Shown piece after piece: positions 10,535 through 20,273 of a DNA stretch of 49,044 nt. The notes beneath the pieces were generated by a model. That model was not told the DNA's origin. It was given only the letters and a program-made list of their open reading frames with translations, and made no database searches. Source of the stretch: an uncultured Roseivirgaceae bacterium (GTDB lineage Bacteria > Bacteroidota > Bacteroidia > Cytophagales > Cyclobacteriaceae). Both the position numbers and the translations under genes were made by a program. The stretch spans positions 1 through 49,044 of the forward strand of contig CAYGNU010000001.1 in assembly GCA_964351175.1 (NCBI GenBank). Reading direction: 5' to 3'. The stretch's first letter is position 1. Each line of letters starts with the position of its first letter.

Positions 10535-11841
10535 ATCGCGCTCATTGTTACCCCGTTTTTAGTAGGTGGAGGAAGACATCTGCTGTTTAAAGAACTCAAA
10601 TCAATATTTAAAGCCTCATACATTAATTTGAGCTGTGTCATTAGACCCTGAGTATTGTTTTCCCTGTCATCTAATTCATACAAGGCCAATTTTCTGTTCT
10701 TTTCTGCAATAGCATTATTCTCGGTTGAGTATGCCATAGCATAAATCAAATCGTGAGCAACTTGCAAACCTAGAGCATCAGTGAAAAGCGTTTTATTCCT
10801 AACTATAAAATCAGTCAAATCACATTTTAGATTTAATGATAGGTTTAATCCCCAATTGGTGTCATAGGTGTAACTATTCTTCGAGATATCCCACAATGTA
10901 CGTCCATCTAAATCAAGGTAATCATCAGCAACACTAAAAGGATGAATCGAAATATACTGATTCCAGTTTTTATAAAGCGTTTGATTAACAGGGGAGCAAC
11001 CACCACAAGGAGCAACGCTTAAATCGACAGGATTTTTAACAAATTGACCAGTCACTTCGTCTTCATAGTATCCAATATAAAATGAGCCTCCTGCGTTTAA
11101 GCTGCTATTAACAAAATTCAAAACAGGGTTATTTCCGTTTGAATCTGTAAGCTCGTACCAACCAAATGAAATCGCCTTTGTAACATCAATGTCAAACGTA
11201 TATATCGCCTCAGTTTGGCTGCTATGATAGATGTAAATGGTCAACGGGTTTTGAAGTGTGTCGGTCTGAATACCAATCTTTTTAATGGACATTACAAGAT
11301 CCTTCATGTATTTGAATTCTATTTCAAACCCACAAAATCTATCTGCTTTGACTATACGGCTGCTCATGTTTCCGCTTCCTTGATATAAGGCTAAATCAGC
11401 GAATAGTTCTTTTGTGTTTTGCGCTTTCTTTTTAGCTGCAAAAGTTTGTTTTATTACTTTAGGAATTGCCCCCAAAATAACGTCCTCTAGATAGCCACTT
11501 AGATATCCAAACGGCTCCCACCACTCAGTATCAGAAGTTAATTTTCCAACATTAGGAACAAGGACAGTTCCTTTTTTGCTTCTGAAAAATGTTGTGTCTT
11601 TTACGATTTGACCTTTTATGTATTCTGTCGAACCAGAATAATCCGGTGTAACATAACTATCATAATCAGGGCAACTCGCGTCAATGTTTACGATATTAAC
11701 CAACGGATGAACATCTTCATAATATTGACCGCTGTCACTTGTTAAAAGAAAATCTTTCAATAATTCTATATCGCTTGTTCTTGTTTGCTTGAAAGCGAGC
11801 AAGGTTTTAAGTGATTGCTGTACTGTGTCGACGTTGAACAT
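10531..11841 (-). CDS. Putative head-tail adaptor/structural protein (436 aa)
   Basis: First minus-strand gene after the capsid gene; position-based call. Confidence 0.5.
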   Translation of the reverse strand: MFNVDTVQQSLKTLLAFKQTRTSDIELLKDFLLTSDSGQYYEDVHPLVNIVNIDASCPDYDSYVTPDYSGSTEYIKGQIVKDTTFFRSKKGTVLVPNVGKLTSDTEWWEPFGYLSGYLEDVILGAIPKVIKQTFAAKKKAQNTKELFADLALYQGSGNMSSRIVKADRFCGFEIEFKYMKDLVMSIKKIGIQTDTLQNPLTIYIYHSSQTEAIYTFDIDVTKAISFGWYELTDSNGNNPVLNFVNSSLNAGGSFYIGYYEDEVTGQFVKNPVDLSVAPCGGCSPVNQTLYKNWNQYISIHPFSVADDYLDLDGRTLWDISKNSYTYDTNWGLNLSLNLKCDLTDFIVRNKTLFTDALGLQVAHDLIYAMAYSTENNAIAEKNRKLALYELDDRENNTQGLMTQLKLMYEALNIDLSSLNSRCLPPPTKNGVTMSAI

Positions 11842-11939
11842 GGTTTCTTCCTTTGTTTGTAAGTTACTAAATTAAATAGTGAATAATAAATATTAACTTT
11901 TTAATAAAATATTCCTTTAATATCTTGTTTTATAACTCA

Positions 11940-11957
11940 GGTAATTATATCTTTACC
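11940..11957 (+). promoter_or_regulatory. GGTAA-N8-TTACC palindrome overlapping a TATCTTTA (-7-like) promoter element
   Basis: ggtaattatatctttacc, 21 nt upstream of ATG 11979; TTG further upstream. Confidence 0.6.
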
Positions 11958-11978
11958 TTACATTAAAGGAATAAGAAA

Positions 11979-12224
11979 ATGAAACACGAAGCTAGAATAT
12001 TAAATAAAGGAGTTTTTTACCTCGTTAATATAGTGGTTATAACTAAAGGAACATCTTCTTTTTTTAACAACGGGCAAAAAATAACCAAAGATGAAATTTT
12101 CGAAGATGTTGTTCTTACAATTGGAAAGCAATTTCAAACAGATGATGAGGCTTCATTGTACGTAAACGGAAAGGAATTTAAAAAGCTTCTAGCTTTTGTT
12201 TCAAAAAATGAATTCACAAACTAA
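11979..12224 (+). CDS. Hypothetical protein (plus-strand moron)
   Basis: Own AT-rich promoter; fills a gap with no minus-strand gene. Confidence 0.6.
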   Translation: MKHEARILNKGVFYLVNIVVITKGTSSFFNNGQKITKDEIFEDVVLTIGKQFQTDDEASLYVNGKEFKKLLAFVSKNEFTN

Positions 12225-12234
12225 TAACAAAGCC

Positions 12235-12471
12235 ATGACACAACAGGAATTAAAAAACGGACAAGATTTTCATTTTAATAATGAAGAATGGTGTGAGCAA
12301 AATTCATCTGACGATTTCCGTGAAGGATGGATTACTTGGAACAATAGATTTAAAAACTTTGCTATCTTTTTTAATGGTGCTTGCATACATACCTCTAGAA
12401 CCTTTTCATCAGCGAATAAACGATTAGAAAAACTCATGAGTGATTGGGGCTGCAATTTTGTTGATGAATAA
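12235..12471 (+). CDS. Hypothetical protein (plus-strand moron)
   Basis: Likely start MTQQELK at 12235; ends next to the hairpin at 12470-12499. Confidence 0.65.
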   Translation: MTQQELKNGQDFHFNNEEWCEQNSSDDFREGWITWNNRFKNFAIFFNGACIHTSRTFSSANKRLEKLMSDWGCNFVDE

Positions 12472-12499
12472 AAAAACCCCGAGCAGGTCAACTCGGGGT
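12470..12499 (-). terminator. Intrinsic terminator after the capsid gene
   Basis: accccgag/ctcggggt stem with a U-tract on the minus strand. Confidence 0.75.
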
Positions 12500-12534
12500 C
12501 TCATTCAACTAAAAAGCAAAGCAGGCTCTTTATT

Positions 12535-13584
12535 TTAAGCAGCGTCCAAAATCTCGAACTTCACAATAGGCTTGTATTTCGTAGACGGTGAGCTGTTGTA
12601 AGAAGTAATTGTCACTACATCTGTACTCCACTCGAAACCTTCTACCAAAGTTTGAGTCAGGCCACTTGTTCCAGAGTGCAAAGCACTTCTGTCAGCGCAA
12701 TCCTGAGAGTAAAATGCTCCCATTTTTTGGTTCACAATAGGAACTTCAACTTCTTCCCATTGTTTTTCGCCTCCTTTTGTTTGGTGTCCCAAAATAGCGT
12801 CAGGCGAGTTTCTGTTTTCAATAGCAACTGTCGCAGGTGCTATCAAATAACCGGTATCATTAACACCTGAACCATTCGTCAGTCTATTTGTGTATCCGAA
12901 ATTGAAACCTTGAAACTGAAATGCATCGTTTTCATCGTTTGATGTGCCTTGTGCATTCAAATCAGATATTAACGCCTTGTGACCCGTGTTGGCAATAACA
13001 TCACTCGAGTCATAAAAATCCATCAATTCCAAGATTGAAGTCGCATAGTTGTAAAATCTTGACCTCTCTGTGTATGGAATTTGCAATGCGTTTCCACTTT
13101 GAGAGTAAATATCAGTCACAGGCGAACCCCAATACTGATTCTTATCAGCACTCAATTTCGCTAAACAAAGCGAATCAAGAGTTGCAGCATACTTCAAAAG
13201 ATACGCTTTCAATTTCTTTTGGAAATCAGCTTCGTATCCGATATCGTTGTTGTAATACTGTGATGGTATCATAGTGAAACCAAAGGCGTAAGTCGTGAAT
13301 GTCAGAGTTATCAGGTTTGAAGTATTTTCAAGATCCTGAATAGTACAACTTCTCACATTCCCGATAGTAACTTCTGGATCATCCAAAACAGGGATAACAA
13401 CGCTATTCCCGAAGCTCATCTTGATGGCTTCTTTGTTTTTGGCCGTCAGGATACCAAGTGGGTCGGCTGCCTGCTTTTGGAACAAATTCAAAGCACCGTA
13501 ACGAGACGGTCTTGTTTCGTTCTTATCTAAAGATGGAGTATATTGCTGACGGAGTGATTGAGTAAGAGTATTGAGTAACGACAT
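12535..13584 (-). CDS. Major capsid protein
   Basis: 349 aa after the scaffold gene; LDKNETRPSRYGALN...ENTSNLITLTFTTYAFGFT resembles (from memory) the B40-8/B124-14-type capsid. Confidence 0.85.
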   Translation of the reverse strand: MSLLNTLTQSLRQQYTPSLDKNETRPSRYGALNLFQKQAADPLGILTAKNKEAIKMSFGNSVVIPVLDDPEVTIGNVRSCTIQDLENTSNLITLTFTTYAFGFTMIPSQYYNNDIGYEADFQKKLKAYLLKYAATLDSLCLAKLSADKNQYWGSPVTDIYSQSGNALQIPYTERSRFYNYATSILELMDFYDSSDVIANTGHKALISDLNAQGTSNDENDAFQFQGFNFGYTNRLTNGSGVNDTGYLIAPATVAIENRNSPDAILGHQTKGGEKQWEEVEVPIVNQKMGAFYSQDCADRSALHSGTSGLTQTLVEGFEWSTDVVTITSYNSSPSTKYKPIVKFEILDAA

Positions 13585-13703
13585 TTTTATAAGAATTTTA
13601 TGATTAATACCTATTATTTAACGTCGTCTCTTAACGTGTTGAACAAATATACTTTTTATTCATTTACTCAAAAATGATAAAGGAATATTTTTTTATTTTA
13701 GAT

Positions 13704-13729
13704 AAAAAAGGGCTTCCGTAAAGAAGCCC
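13704..13729 (-). terminator. Intrinsic terminator
   Basis: gggcttc/gaagccc stem plus A-run on the + strand. Confidence 0.65.
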
Positions 13730-13753
13730 CATTCATTGACAACATAAACCAAT

Positions 13754-14704
13754 TTATCGATTATTCCTCCTCATTAAAGGAAGCTTCACTTCTGTTTTAT
13801 AATGCTTCATGATTTTATCGTAGACTTCCGATGTACTTGAAACAGCATTCTTTTTAAGTAAATCATCAAGTTCTTCCATACTACCAATAGTATCAGGAAT
13901 TTCAAAGTTTACACCAAAATCAACTCCACCACCTGCTCCACCTGAACCACCTGAACCTCCCGATCCTGCTCCTGCTCCTCTTCTGTCTTCAGCTAAAACA
14001 TCAACCAAAAGCTCTGTCGCGATTTGTTCGGCTGTTTTAATGGTGTTATCTGTATTCCTTAAAGCGTGTCCGTTCTTATCAAGAAATACAAGCGTTTTCA
14101 CACCATCTTGCTCCCTGACCTCTGATTCCATTTCTAGCATGGTATTAACAGCCCAATTCCTCTCTCTGGATATGGTGCTTGCAGGCAAAGTGTCTTTGAA
14201 TTTGAAATTAGAAAACCCTTTTGAAATTTCATTGGTTTTAAGGATTACTTCGTTTTCCTTTTTCAACCTTGCAATTTCTTGAGTGTGTGTTTCATTCATT
14301 TTAGGAATGCTTTCACGTAACTCTTCTAATTCTTTCTTCAAGATTGGGTCAATATTACCGGATTTCTTCAATTCGGCCAATTGTGCCTCTAGATTTGAAA
14401 CTTTTGTCGGGTCGCCTTTTACCAAAGGAACGGTTCGTTTCAAATACTGATGATATTTCTCGTTTGCTTCTTTTGGCAGACCAGTCAGTTCGAGTATATC
14501 GGCCTCAAGTTTAGTAGACCACTCGGCTGTCCTGTCGTCTATTGCTTTTTGAATGGCTGATGTTTTTTCTGATTCAATCTGTGAAGGTGTTGAAATGTAA
14601 AGACCTTTTTCTGAAAGTGGTTTTAACAATTCAATTTCTGTGAGTGGTTTTCCTGATGTAATTCCATCAGTGATCTGCTTTACTTCTTCTTCTGATAATG
14701 GCAT
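13754..14704 (-). CDS. Capsid scaffolding protein
   Basis: Coiled coil with a Gly-rich linker (GAGAGSGGSGG) near the C-terminus; directly before the capsid gene. Confidence 0.7.
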   Translation of the reverse strand: MPLSEEEVKQITDGITSGKPLTEIELLKPLSEKGLYISTPSQIESEKTSAIQKAIDDRTAEWSTKLEADILELTGLPKEANEKYHQYLKRTVPLVKGDPTKVSNLEAQLAELKKSGNIDPILKKELEELRESIPKMNETHTQEIARLKKENEVILKTNEISKGFSNFKFKDTLPASTISRERNWAVNTMLEMESEVREQDGVKTLVFLDKNGHALRNTDNTIKTAEQIATELLVDVLAEDRRGAGAGSGGSGGSGGAGGGVDFGVNFEIPDTIGSMEELDDLLKKNAVSSTSEVYDKIMKHYKTEVKLPLMRRNNR

Positions 14705-14706
14705 GA

Positions 14707-14723
14707 TTAACGTCTCTTGTTAA
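14707..14723 (-). promoter_or_regulatory. TTAAYAAGAGACGTTAA motif just upstream of a late-gene start
   Basis: Near-identical copy at 34007-34023; variant at 13618-13637. Confidence 0.45.
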
Positions 14724-14728
14724 TGGTT

Positions 14729-14756
14729 AAAAAAATAAGGGGCTAATATTAGCCCC
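14729..14756 (-). terminator. Intrinsic terminator
   Basis: ggggcta/tagcccc stem plus A-run. Confidence 0.6.
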
Positions 14757-14769
14757 CTTAAAGGTTTTA

Positions 14770-15147
14770 TTAAGCGACAACACAATACTCAATCGTCACA
14801 TAACATTGGCTATATACCGACAAATCGCTTCCTGTCGTTATAGAAATGTTATCGCCAATGATGGAGGCAATTGTGATTCCAGAGTGGTTTTCGCTTATTG
14901 CTAAAGCAGGAGGTCCGGCATCTGGATCACTTGCATTGATTTCAACAACCCTTCCGAGTTTTGTTAAATCCATATTTCCAGACGCTGTTCCGGCTGTTAA
15001 GCCGTGAGCGACGGTTTTAGATGTTGCATTTGGCAAAGCTCCGAAAGAGACTGTTTTCCTATAAATAGGTGTCTTGCCATCGCCAATCCACTTCTTTCCG
15101 GTGTCTTGCTGTCCTGTGTTATAGTAATTCGCTAAATCTTGATTCAT
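14770..15147 (-). CDS. Stand-alone fibre-like domain; putative head decoration protein
   Basis: QQDTGKKWIGDGKTPIYRKTV resembles the TG..WIDGKPIYRK motif of phage fibre proteins. Confidence 0.5.
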   Translation of the reverse strand: MNQDLANYYNTGQQDTGKKWIGDGKTPIYRKTVSFGALPNATSKTVAHGLTAGTASGNMDLTKLGRVVEINASDPDAGPPALAISENHSGITIASIIGDNISITTGSDLSVYSQCYVTIEYCVVA

Positions 15148-15170
15148 GGTTTTTTATTAAAAGTTGAAAA

Positions 15171-15719
15171 TTATTCTTCAGACTGTTTTGATTCAAGAGC
15201 CAAACGTGCTTTTTCCAATGAGGTAGGTCTTTCAATCACCGTGTCAGGTGATAACAAACCATAAGCCTCATCAATTTCTTTTAGTGTGTCGACGGCCTCT
15301 TTAAGCTGTGCAATTGTAAGACTTTCATCTGGCTCTACTCCGAATGCGTCCGTGTAATCTTTTTGAGAAAGTTGTTTACCTGTTAAGGTTGTTTTCTTCT
15401 CACCGGTTACCTCGGCTTTATTTGGGTCATGAACCAGAATGACCTCTGTCGCTTTACCGTTTAGGCTTGCTTTAATTGACGGCCATTCTTGAGGATAACA
15501 TTTTTGGTTCTTGTTCCAAACCCCCCTATCCTTTCCTGTCGCTTGGTCAAAATTGTGATGAATAAAATCAAAATGAATCAAATCATCCTCATGTTCAAGG
15601 ATGGCGATTTCTTTTTGAATGTTTGCCTTAATGGTTGGCAAATCTTTACCCTCTTTTAAAAGCTTTTTTATTGCTTTTGCTCTTTCGGTTTTATTCAACT
15701 GCTTTAATGACTGTGACAT
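15171..15719 (-). CDS. Hypothetical protein in the head module
   Basis: 182 aa overlapping the portal stop. Confidence 0.6.
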   Translation of the reverse strand: MSQSLKQLNKTERAKAIKKLLKEGKDLPTIKANIQKEIAILEHEDDLIHFDFIHHNFDQATGKDRGVWNKNQKCYPQEWPSIKASLNGKATEVILVHDPNKAEVTGEKKTTLTGKQLSQKDYTDAFGVEPDESLTIAQLKEAVDTLKEIDEAYGLLSPDTVIERPTSLEKARLALESKQSEE

Positions 15720-17421
15720 AAGATGTTAAAGTTTTTTTAATTGATTCGATTTTATTTGAATAGCTTGCTTCGCTTCCAAAGGCTACCAAATTTAATTCTT
15801 CTCGTTCGAACTTCCTAATATAATTATCGAAATTTAATTTCAGGTTAACCAATACAGGGTCTAATTTATCTATGAATGTTTGAATTTCATTTATAGTTAA
15901 ATCAGGATAAGGCTCTAAATCTGCCAATATTTTAGACCTATCCAATAGTTCTTGATTGCCTTTGAATTTAGTTTCTGCAATTACTGAGCGGGTCTGACTT
16001 AACAGATAAAAAGGCAATCCGCTAGATTTTTCTTCTTTGTACTGCTCATTAAGTTCTTGAACTGTTTTTAAGTAATATTTTCTTCCGAGTTTTCTTTCGA
16101 TACTTTTTACAGCATCAGCCCCGAAAATAATTATTGCTTTAGTCCTTAAAACCCAATTCTCAGACATTTCAAAGTTGTCAGATATCCATTCAAGGATATT
16201 AGTCTTGCTTTCGAAACCTCCTTGAATTTGCTTTTCGTTTTTGGCTTGATTGTTTACTGGCTCGCCCCCATCACCCACACAATATTTGAATATATTGTCT
16301 TTTCTTTTTTCAAGATATTCATCGGCAAATTTTAAACTATCGACCTGAATTTGCATGAACCCAAATGGGTCTCTCAAATCTGCATCGGTGCTATCAGTTG
16401 GAGCAGGTATAGTCACGAAACTTCCAGAACCTAAAAGCCCTTTACCTTTATTCTCCCTCCATTGCTGATTCTTTTGGATTTCAGTGTAAGCAGGATGAAA
16501 GGCGTCTAGAGGTAAATCTATTCCGCCTAATGTTTCAAGGTTTAATGTATCGGAAGATTGTGAATTTTCTTCGTTTTGCTTTTGCTCATAAGACCATATA
16601 ATAGGAAATACTCCATAGGTATTATAATATTCAATACTAGTTTCCCAAAACAGAATCTTATCTAGCTGCGATAGACTTTTGGTGATTGCACTTTGTTTCT
16701 GAATGTTATCGCTGCTATTCAGGTTAGTGTTCCAAAATGGCTTTGCAGGGCAATATCCTATATCATGCGAAACCTCAGATTCAATAATATACTCCCCCGC
16801 TGTGTTTTTTCTATACCAACGATAAAAGCTATCATCAAAAACATAAACGACATCTTCATCTGTTGCGCTAGTGAAAATGATATATTCGCACTGAGTAGAA
16901 TTAGATTCAACCTCCATATCTATAACCCTGCTAATATCAAGGAAATAACAATACGGACGAGGAGGTGAAACCTCTTCTGATGGTTGGTCTATTATTAAAA
17001 TACTATGAATTGAATTTTTAAAAGCTTCCCACGCTTTTGATTTCCACTTTTCAGAATGCTTTATTGATTTCAAATATTCTTTAAAGCTGTTTTCTTGCGA
17101 TTCGCTTTGAAGAGTTATTTTAGTGAAACCTCCACCCCCTTCAAGAGCTCTGCTCAATTCTGAGTAGATTGCATCTGTTAGTTCATTCGTGGGGACAGGG
17201 TACTGAAAAAGCTGCGAGAACCTAGTGTATTTCTCTGATGGAAGGAAATCTTTGACTTGTTTTAAAAAGCGTGTCGCGGCTTTATTTTCGTCTTTCTTAT
17301 CTAAAACCGGCTCGGTGTGAAATCTGATTCTTTCATCGTGCTTGATGCACTTATCAATCCGGCTTTTGTTGTTTGGAGTCTTTATTAGATTCTGAGCCTC
17401 CTGTGTTGATAAGTTTGCCAT
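15691..17421 (-). CDS. Portal protein
   Basis: 576 aa upstream of scaffold/capsid; HDIGYCPAKPFW portal-like motif. Confidence 0.75.
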   Translation of the reverse strand: MANLSTQEAQNLIKTPNNKSRIDKCIKHDERIRFHTEPVLDKKDENKAATRFLKQVKDFLPSEKYTRFSQLFQYPVPTNELTDAIYSELSRALEGGGGFTKITLQSESQENSFKEYLKSIKHSEKWKSKAWEAFKNSIHSILIIDQPSEEVSPPRPYCYFLDISRVIDMEVESNSTQCEYIIFTSATDEDVVYVFDDSFYRWYRKNTAGEYIIESEVSHDIGYCPAKPFWNTNLNSSDNIQKQSAITKSLSQLDKILFWETSIEYYNTYGVFPIIWSYEQKQNEENSQSSDTLNLETLGGIDLPLDAFHPAYTEIQKNQQWRENKGKGLLGSGSFVTIPAPTDSTDADLRDPFGFMQIQVDSLKFADEYLEKRKDNIFKYCVGDGGEPVNNQAKNEKQIQGGFESKTNILEWISDNFEMSENWVLRTKAIIIFGADAVKSIERKLGRKYYLKTVQELNEQYKEEKSSGLPFYLLSQTRSVIAETKFKGNQELLDRSKILADLEPYPDLTINEIQTFIDKLDPVLVNLKLNFDNYIRKFEREELNLVAFGSEASYSNKIESIKKTLTSYVTVIKAVE

Positions 17422-17569
17422 CTTTGAAAGTGTATTTAGAATCTTTTAAAATCCATCCTGAGTGCTTTTGATTTAATATCTCTTCGGCCTGATTTAAAGG
17501 GAAATTTCTTTCCCTTTTAAGGCCTTCAGCGTAAAGAATTACAATGTCACTTGCTTTCTTTTTAGACAT
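17354..17569 (-). CDS. Hypothetical protein
   Basis: 71 aa between major tail and portal genes. Confidence 0.55.
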   Translation of the reverse strand: MSKKKASDIVILYAEGLKRERNFPLNQAEEILNQKHSGWILKDSKYTFKDGKLINTGGSESNKDSKQQKPD

Positions 17570-17570
17570 T

Positions 17571-18221
17571 TTACAGTTGGGTTAAAGGATTGAAATCTAG
17601 AGTACTTCTTAAAGTACGGGATAATCCAGAATCCCAATTACCATCCATGTAAAAGCTGAAATTCAAGATATCATCTTTAGCGAAACCCTCTGTTCCTCTA
17701 GAGCTTGTCCTGAAATTATATATTTCAATTGGCAAAGGTTCGTCATCACCATCAAGTTTGTGGAAAATATTTCCTGCTCTGTTTATGAAATAAGCCCCTA
17801 AAAGAGCCGCTCCTGCTGCACTCGCCTCACTTTCACATGAAAGAAGTCTTAACTGATCTGCAATAGCAGGTTCAAGATTCCTGAATTGACCTGTAAATTT
17901 TACAAACCCCTCACCCATGTACAAAGGAATACCATTCACGGTCGTGTTATCATTTCCACCCTCCTCAAGTGCTTCACTTTGTGGAAGTTGTGGGTTTGAA
18001 AATAAAGGACTTATGATGTGTTTATTACTATTCGTCAGGGCTTTATTCGCTGTCCAACTTGCCAAAGCTGTTATCGCATTCGACGAGACAGGAAAAAGTG
18101 AAGCCGTATGGTTTCTCACAAATGCAAGACGAACGGTCTGATCTATTTTAAACGCACATGAAACGGCTGTGATAGCTGTAAGAGCTGAAGGTTTTGGACA
18201 CGCACACGAAAGGATACTCAT
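17571..18221 (-). CDS. Major tail (tube) protein
   Basis: N-terminal CACP..ALTAI...C...IDQTVRLAFVR and GGNDNTTVNGIP resemble (from memory) Bacteroides siphovirus major tail proteins. Confidence 0.65.
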   Translation of the reverse strand: MSILSCACPKPSALTAITAVSCAFKIDQTVRLAFVRNHTASLFPVSSNAITALASWTANKALTNSNKHIISPLFSNPQLPQSEALEEGGNDNTTVNGIPLYMGEGFVKFTGQFRNLEPAIADQLRLLSCESEASAAGAALLGAYFINRAGNIFHKLDGDDEPLPIEIYNFRTSSRGTEGFAKDDILNFSFYMDGNWDSGLSRTLRSTLDFNPLTQL

Positions 18222-18267
18222 GGTTCTGAATTTTAATTTTGAGTTAATTCAGACATAAAGATAGCTT

Positions 18268-18744
18268 TTATTCTATACTACCAAAAAAAAGTCCGATTTT
18301 TTTACGCAAAACAGTCAAAACTTTACTCGCTTTGTAAATACATATTTTTATGAATGTGGCTTTGTCTAGATTTTTTTCCTCTAAAATCATTTTGAAATAA
18401 AAACTAGCTAAATAGAAAGAATAGAAGCCTGATTCATCTTTCAAATAATTCCTTTCAATTTCAGATTTATGATTAAAGCCTTTTTTAATCATGTAATCTG
18501 TAAGAATTAACTCATTGATATCGCATTCTTTATTCCATTTCTTAACATACCTGTAAATGAATTCGATAGGAAATCCAGTAACCCAACCACAACGAGGACA
18601 CTTAAATTGTCCTATTGATGCATCCCATTTTGTTCTCGGGTTATTGCAACCTCCTTTTTCACGTGCTGCAATATTATTTCCGCAATAACCGGTATAATTA
18701 TCAGTTTTCATCAAATTATCCCTAACAATATTTATTTCTTTCAT
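18268..18744 (-). CDS. Hypothetical zinc-ribbon protein
   Basis: YCGN..GC..FKCPRCGW. Confidence 0.55.
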   Translation of the reverse strand: MKEINIVRDNLMKTDNYTGYCGNNIAAREKGGCNNPRTKWDASIGQFKCPRCGWVTGFPIEFIYRYVKKWNKECDINELILTDYMIKKGFNHKSEIERNYLKDESGFYSFYLASFYFKMILEEKNLDKATFIKICIYKASKVLTVLRKKIGLFFGSIE

Positions 18745-18756
18745 TGTAACAAGTTA

Positions 18757-19035
18757 TTAGTCCCCCCAATTTTCGTTCCTGCTTTTTTCATACACCTGAG
18801 CATCGGTTGGCTTAAATGTAATGCATCCCCAACGAGTGTCGATGTAGTATTCACCTTCATCATTTAATGCATCTGAATCAAGCCGGCTTAATATCTGCTC
18901 AGGTGTTGTTCCTCTTGATATCAGAGTTGCTGAGTAAGGAATCCATTTGCTTTGAACAAATGGAATAATTCCTTTCTCTTGCATTTTTAGACATTCGCCT
19001 ATTACTTCCTCTTTAGTGAAAAATAAATCAATCAT
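18757..19035 (-). CDS. Hypothetical protein
   Basis: 92 aa overlapping the upstream stop. Confidence 0.55.
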   Translation of the reverse strand: MIDLFFTKEEVIGECLKMQEKGIIPFVQSKWIPYSATLISRGTTPEQILSRLDSDALNDEGEYYIDTRWGCITFKPTDAQVYEKSRNENWGD

Positions 19036-20053
19036 TTCTTAGTTGTTCAACGGCCTGCTCTATTGATGCACGTAAACCAAGAGTTTCGAATAGTTCTTGA
19101 ATTGTTTCTTTTACTGCTTCTTTTCTTGCTTTAAACCTATCTAGAGCATCTAAACCTAAGAAAGATTCTATTGCTCTTTGACACAGTAAACGACCCATTC
19201 TTGGTTGAGTAACCAAAGCATTCGCCTCGCATTTTCTTTCTCCAACCGTGTGAAGGTAATTTTGGAGATAATCAAGCTTGAAATTCGGGTGTTTGTGGCT
19301 TGCAAGGTTTTTTCCTGAACCTGTTATAAGGTTGTCAATCCATGTTAGATTATTTTGAATTATAAAATCATAATCCAAACCAAATCTTTCAATAATCAAA
19401 TCTTCTGGATCATATCCATTGGTTCCATCGCTCCAGTAAACATCCTTTACATCTTGCAGGTTTTTACGTAGTGTGTCGCTAATTCTAAGGCCGTCAGGGT
19501 CATGGTCACCGCAATAAAGTAAAACGCATTTCAAACCCATTTCTTCGGCCTCACGGAAACGCCTTGAATATTCTGCTCTTTGTAATATTGAGCTCCATCC
19601 TTTAGCGTTCGCAATTGGAATATGATAATCCCTGCAAAGGGGTTCGAATAAAGTGATAAGGTCAATTTTTTCGACAACCATTTGGATGTAGTATTCCTCA
19701 CCATCCCACCAATTCGGGTGATAATATCTTTCGCACTCTAGAGCAGCCTCAAGCCACTCAGCAACGTGAATTTCGTGTGACACATCTGTAGGAACGTGAA
19801 CTTGCTTGAATTGCCTTGCAGATTCTTCGGCCACAAAATCAACAGGAAGCAATCCCTCTTTCCTGCATCTGTTGATTAAGTCTTCTATTTTACCGAATTC
19901 ATTTTTGGTTATAATACCATTCTGTTCGAGGATGTAACCCCAACCTCTAGATGAAACCTTAAAGCCAATTTCACTTGAAATTTGCCGAATAAAAGAAGTG
20001 AATTCTCTTATGTTGTTTTTTGTCATTCTCTGACCGAAATCGAACGTGCTCAT
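19028..20053 (-). CDS. TopoVI-A/Spo11-like TOPRIM protein (Mini-A-like)
   Basis: N-terminal SSRGWGYIL (R..Y); TOPRIM motifs MVVEK, AKGWSS, LLYCGDHDPDG; late CEANAL. Confidence 0.7.
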   Translation of the reverse strand: MSTFDFGQRMTKNNIREFTSFIRQISSEIGFKVSSRGWGYILEQNGIITKNEFGKIEDLINRCRKEGLLPVDFVAEESARQFKQVHVPTDVSHEIHVAEWLEAALECERYYHPNWWDGEEYYIQMVVEKIDLITLFEPLCRDYHIPIANAKGWSSILQRAEYSRRFREAEEMGLKCVLLYCGDHDPDGLRISDTLRKNLQDVKDVYWSDGTNGYDPEDLIIERFGLDYDFIIQNNLTWIDNLITGSGKNLASHKHPNFKLDYLQNYLHTVGERKCEANALVTQPRMGRLLCQRAIESFLGLDALDRFKARKEAVKETIQELFETLGLRASIEQAVEQLRND

Positions 20054-20273
20054 TTTGCTTTTTTTTAGTAGTTAAACAGGCGAGATGCTCCGGATGACAT
20101 CCCCCTGTTTTTTTCATTAAGAACCAGCTTTTTATTCCGGATTTTGAGGATTAAGGCCACTTTTCAAACTAACATTAATCCTCGGTGTGGCTTGTGCTAA
20201 ATGTTCGAGCATCTAAAACACAATAATGAACGTTCTGAAAGTTGCCTGCTTTCATAGACGGCTTAAAGCCGTA

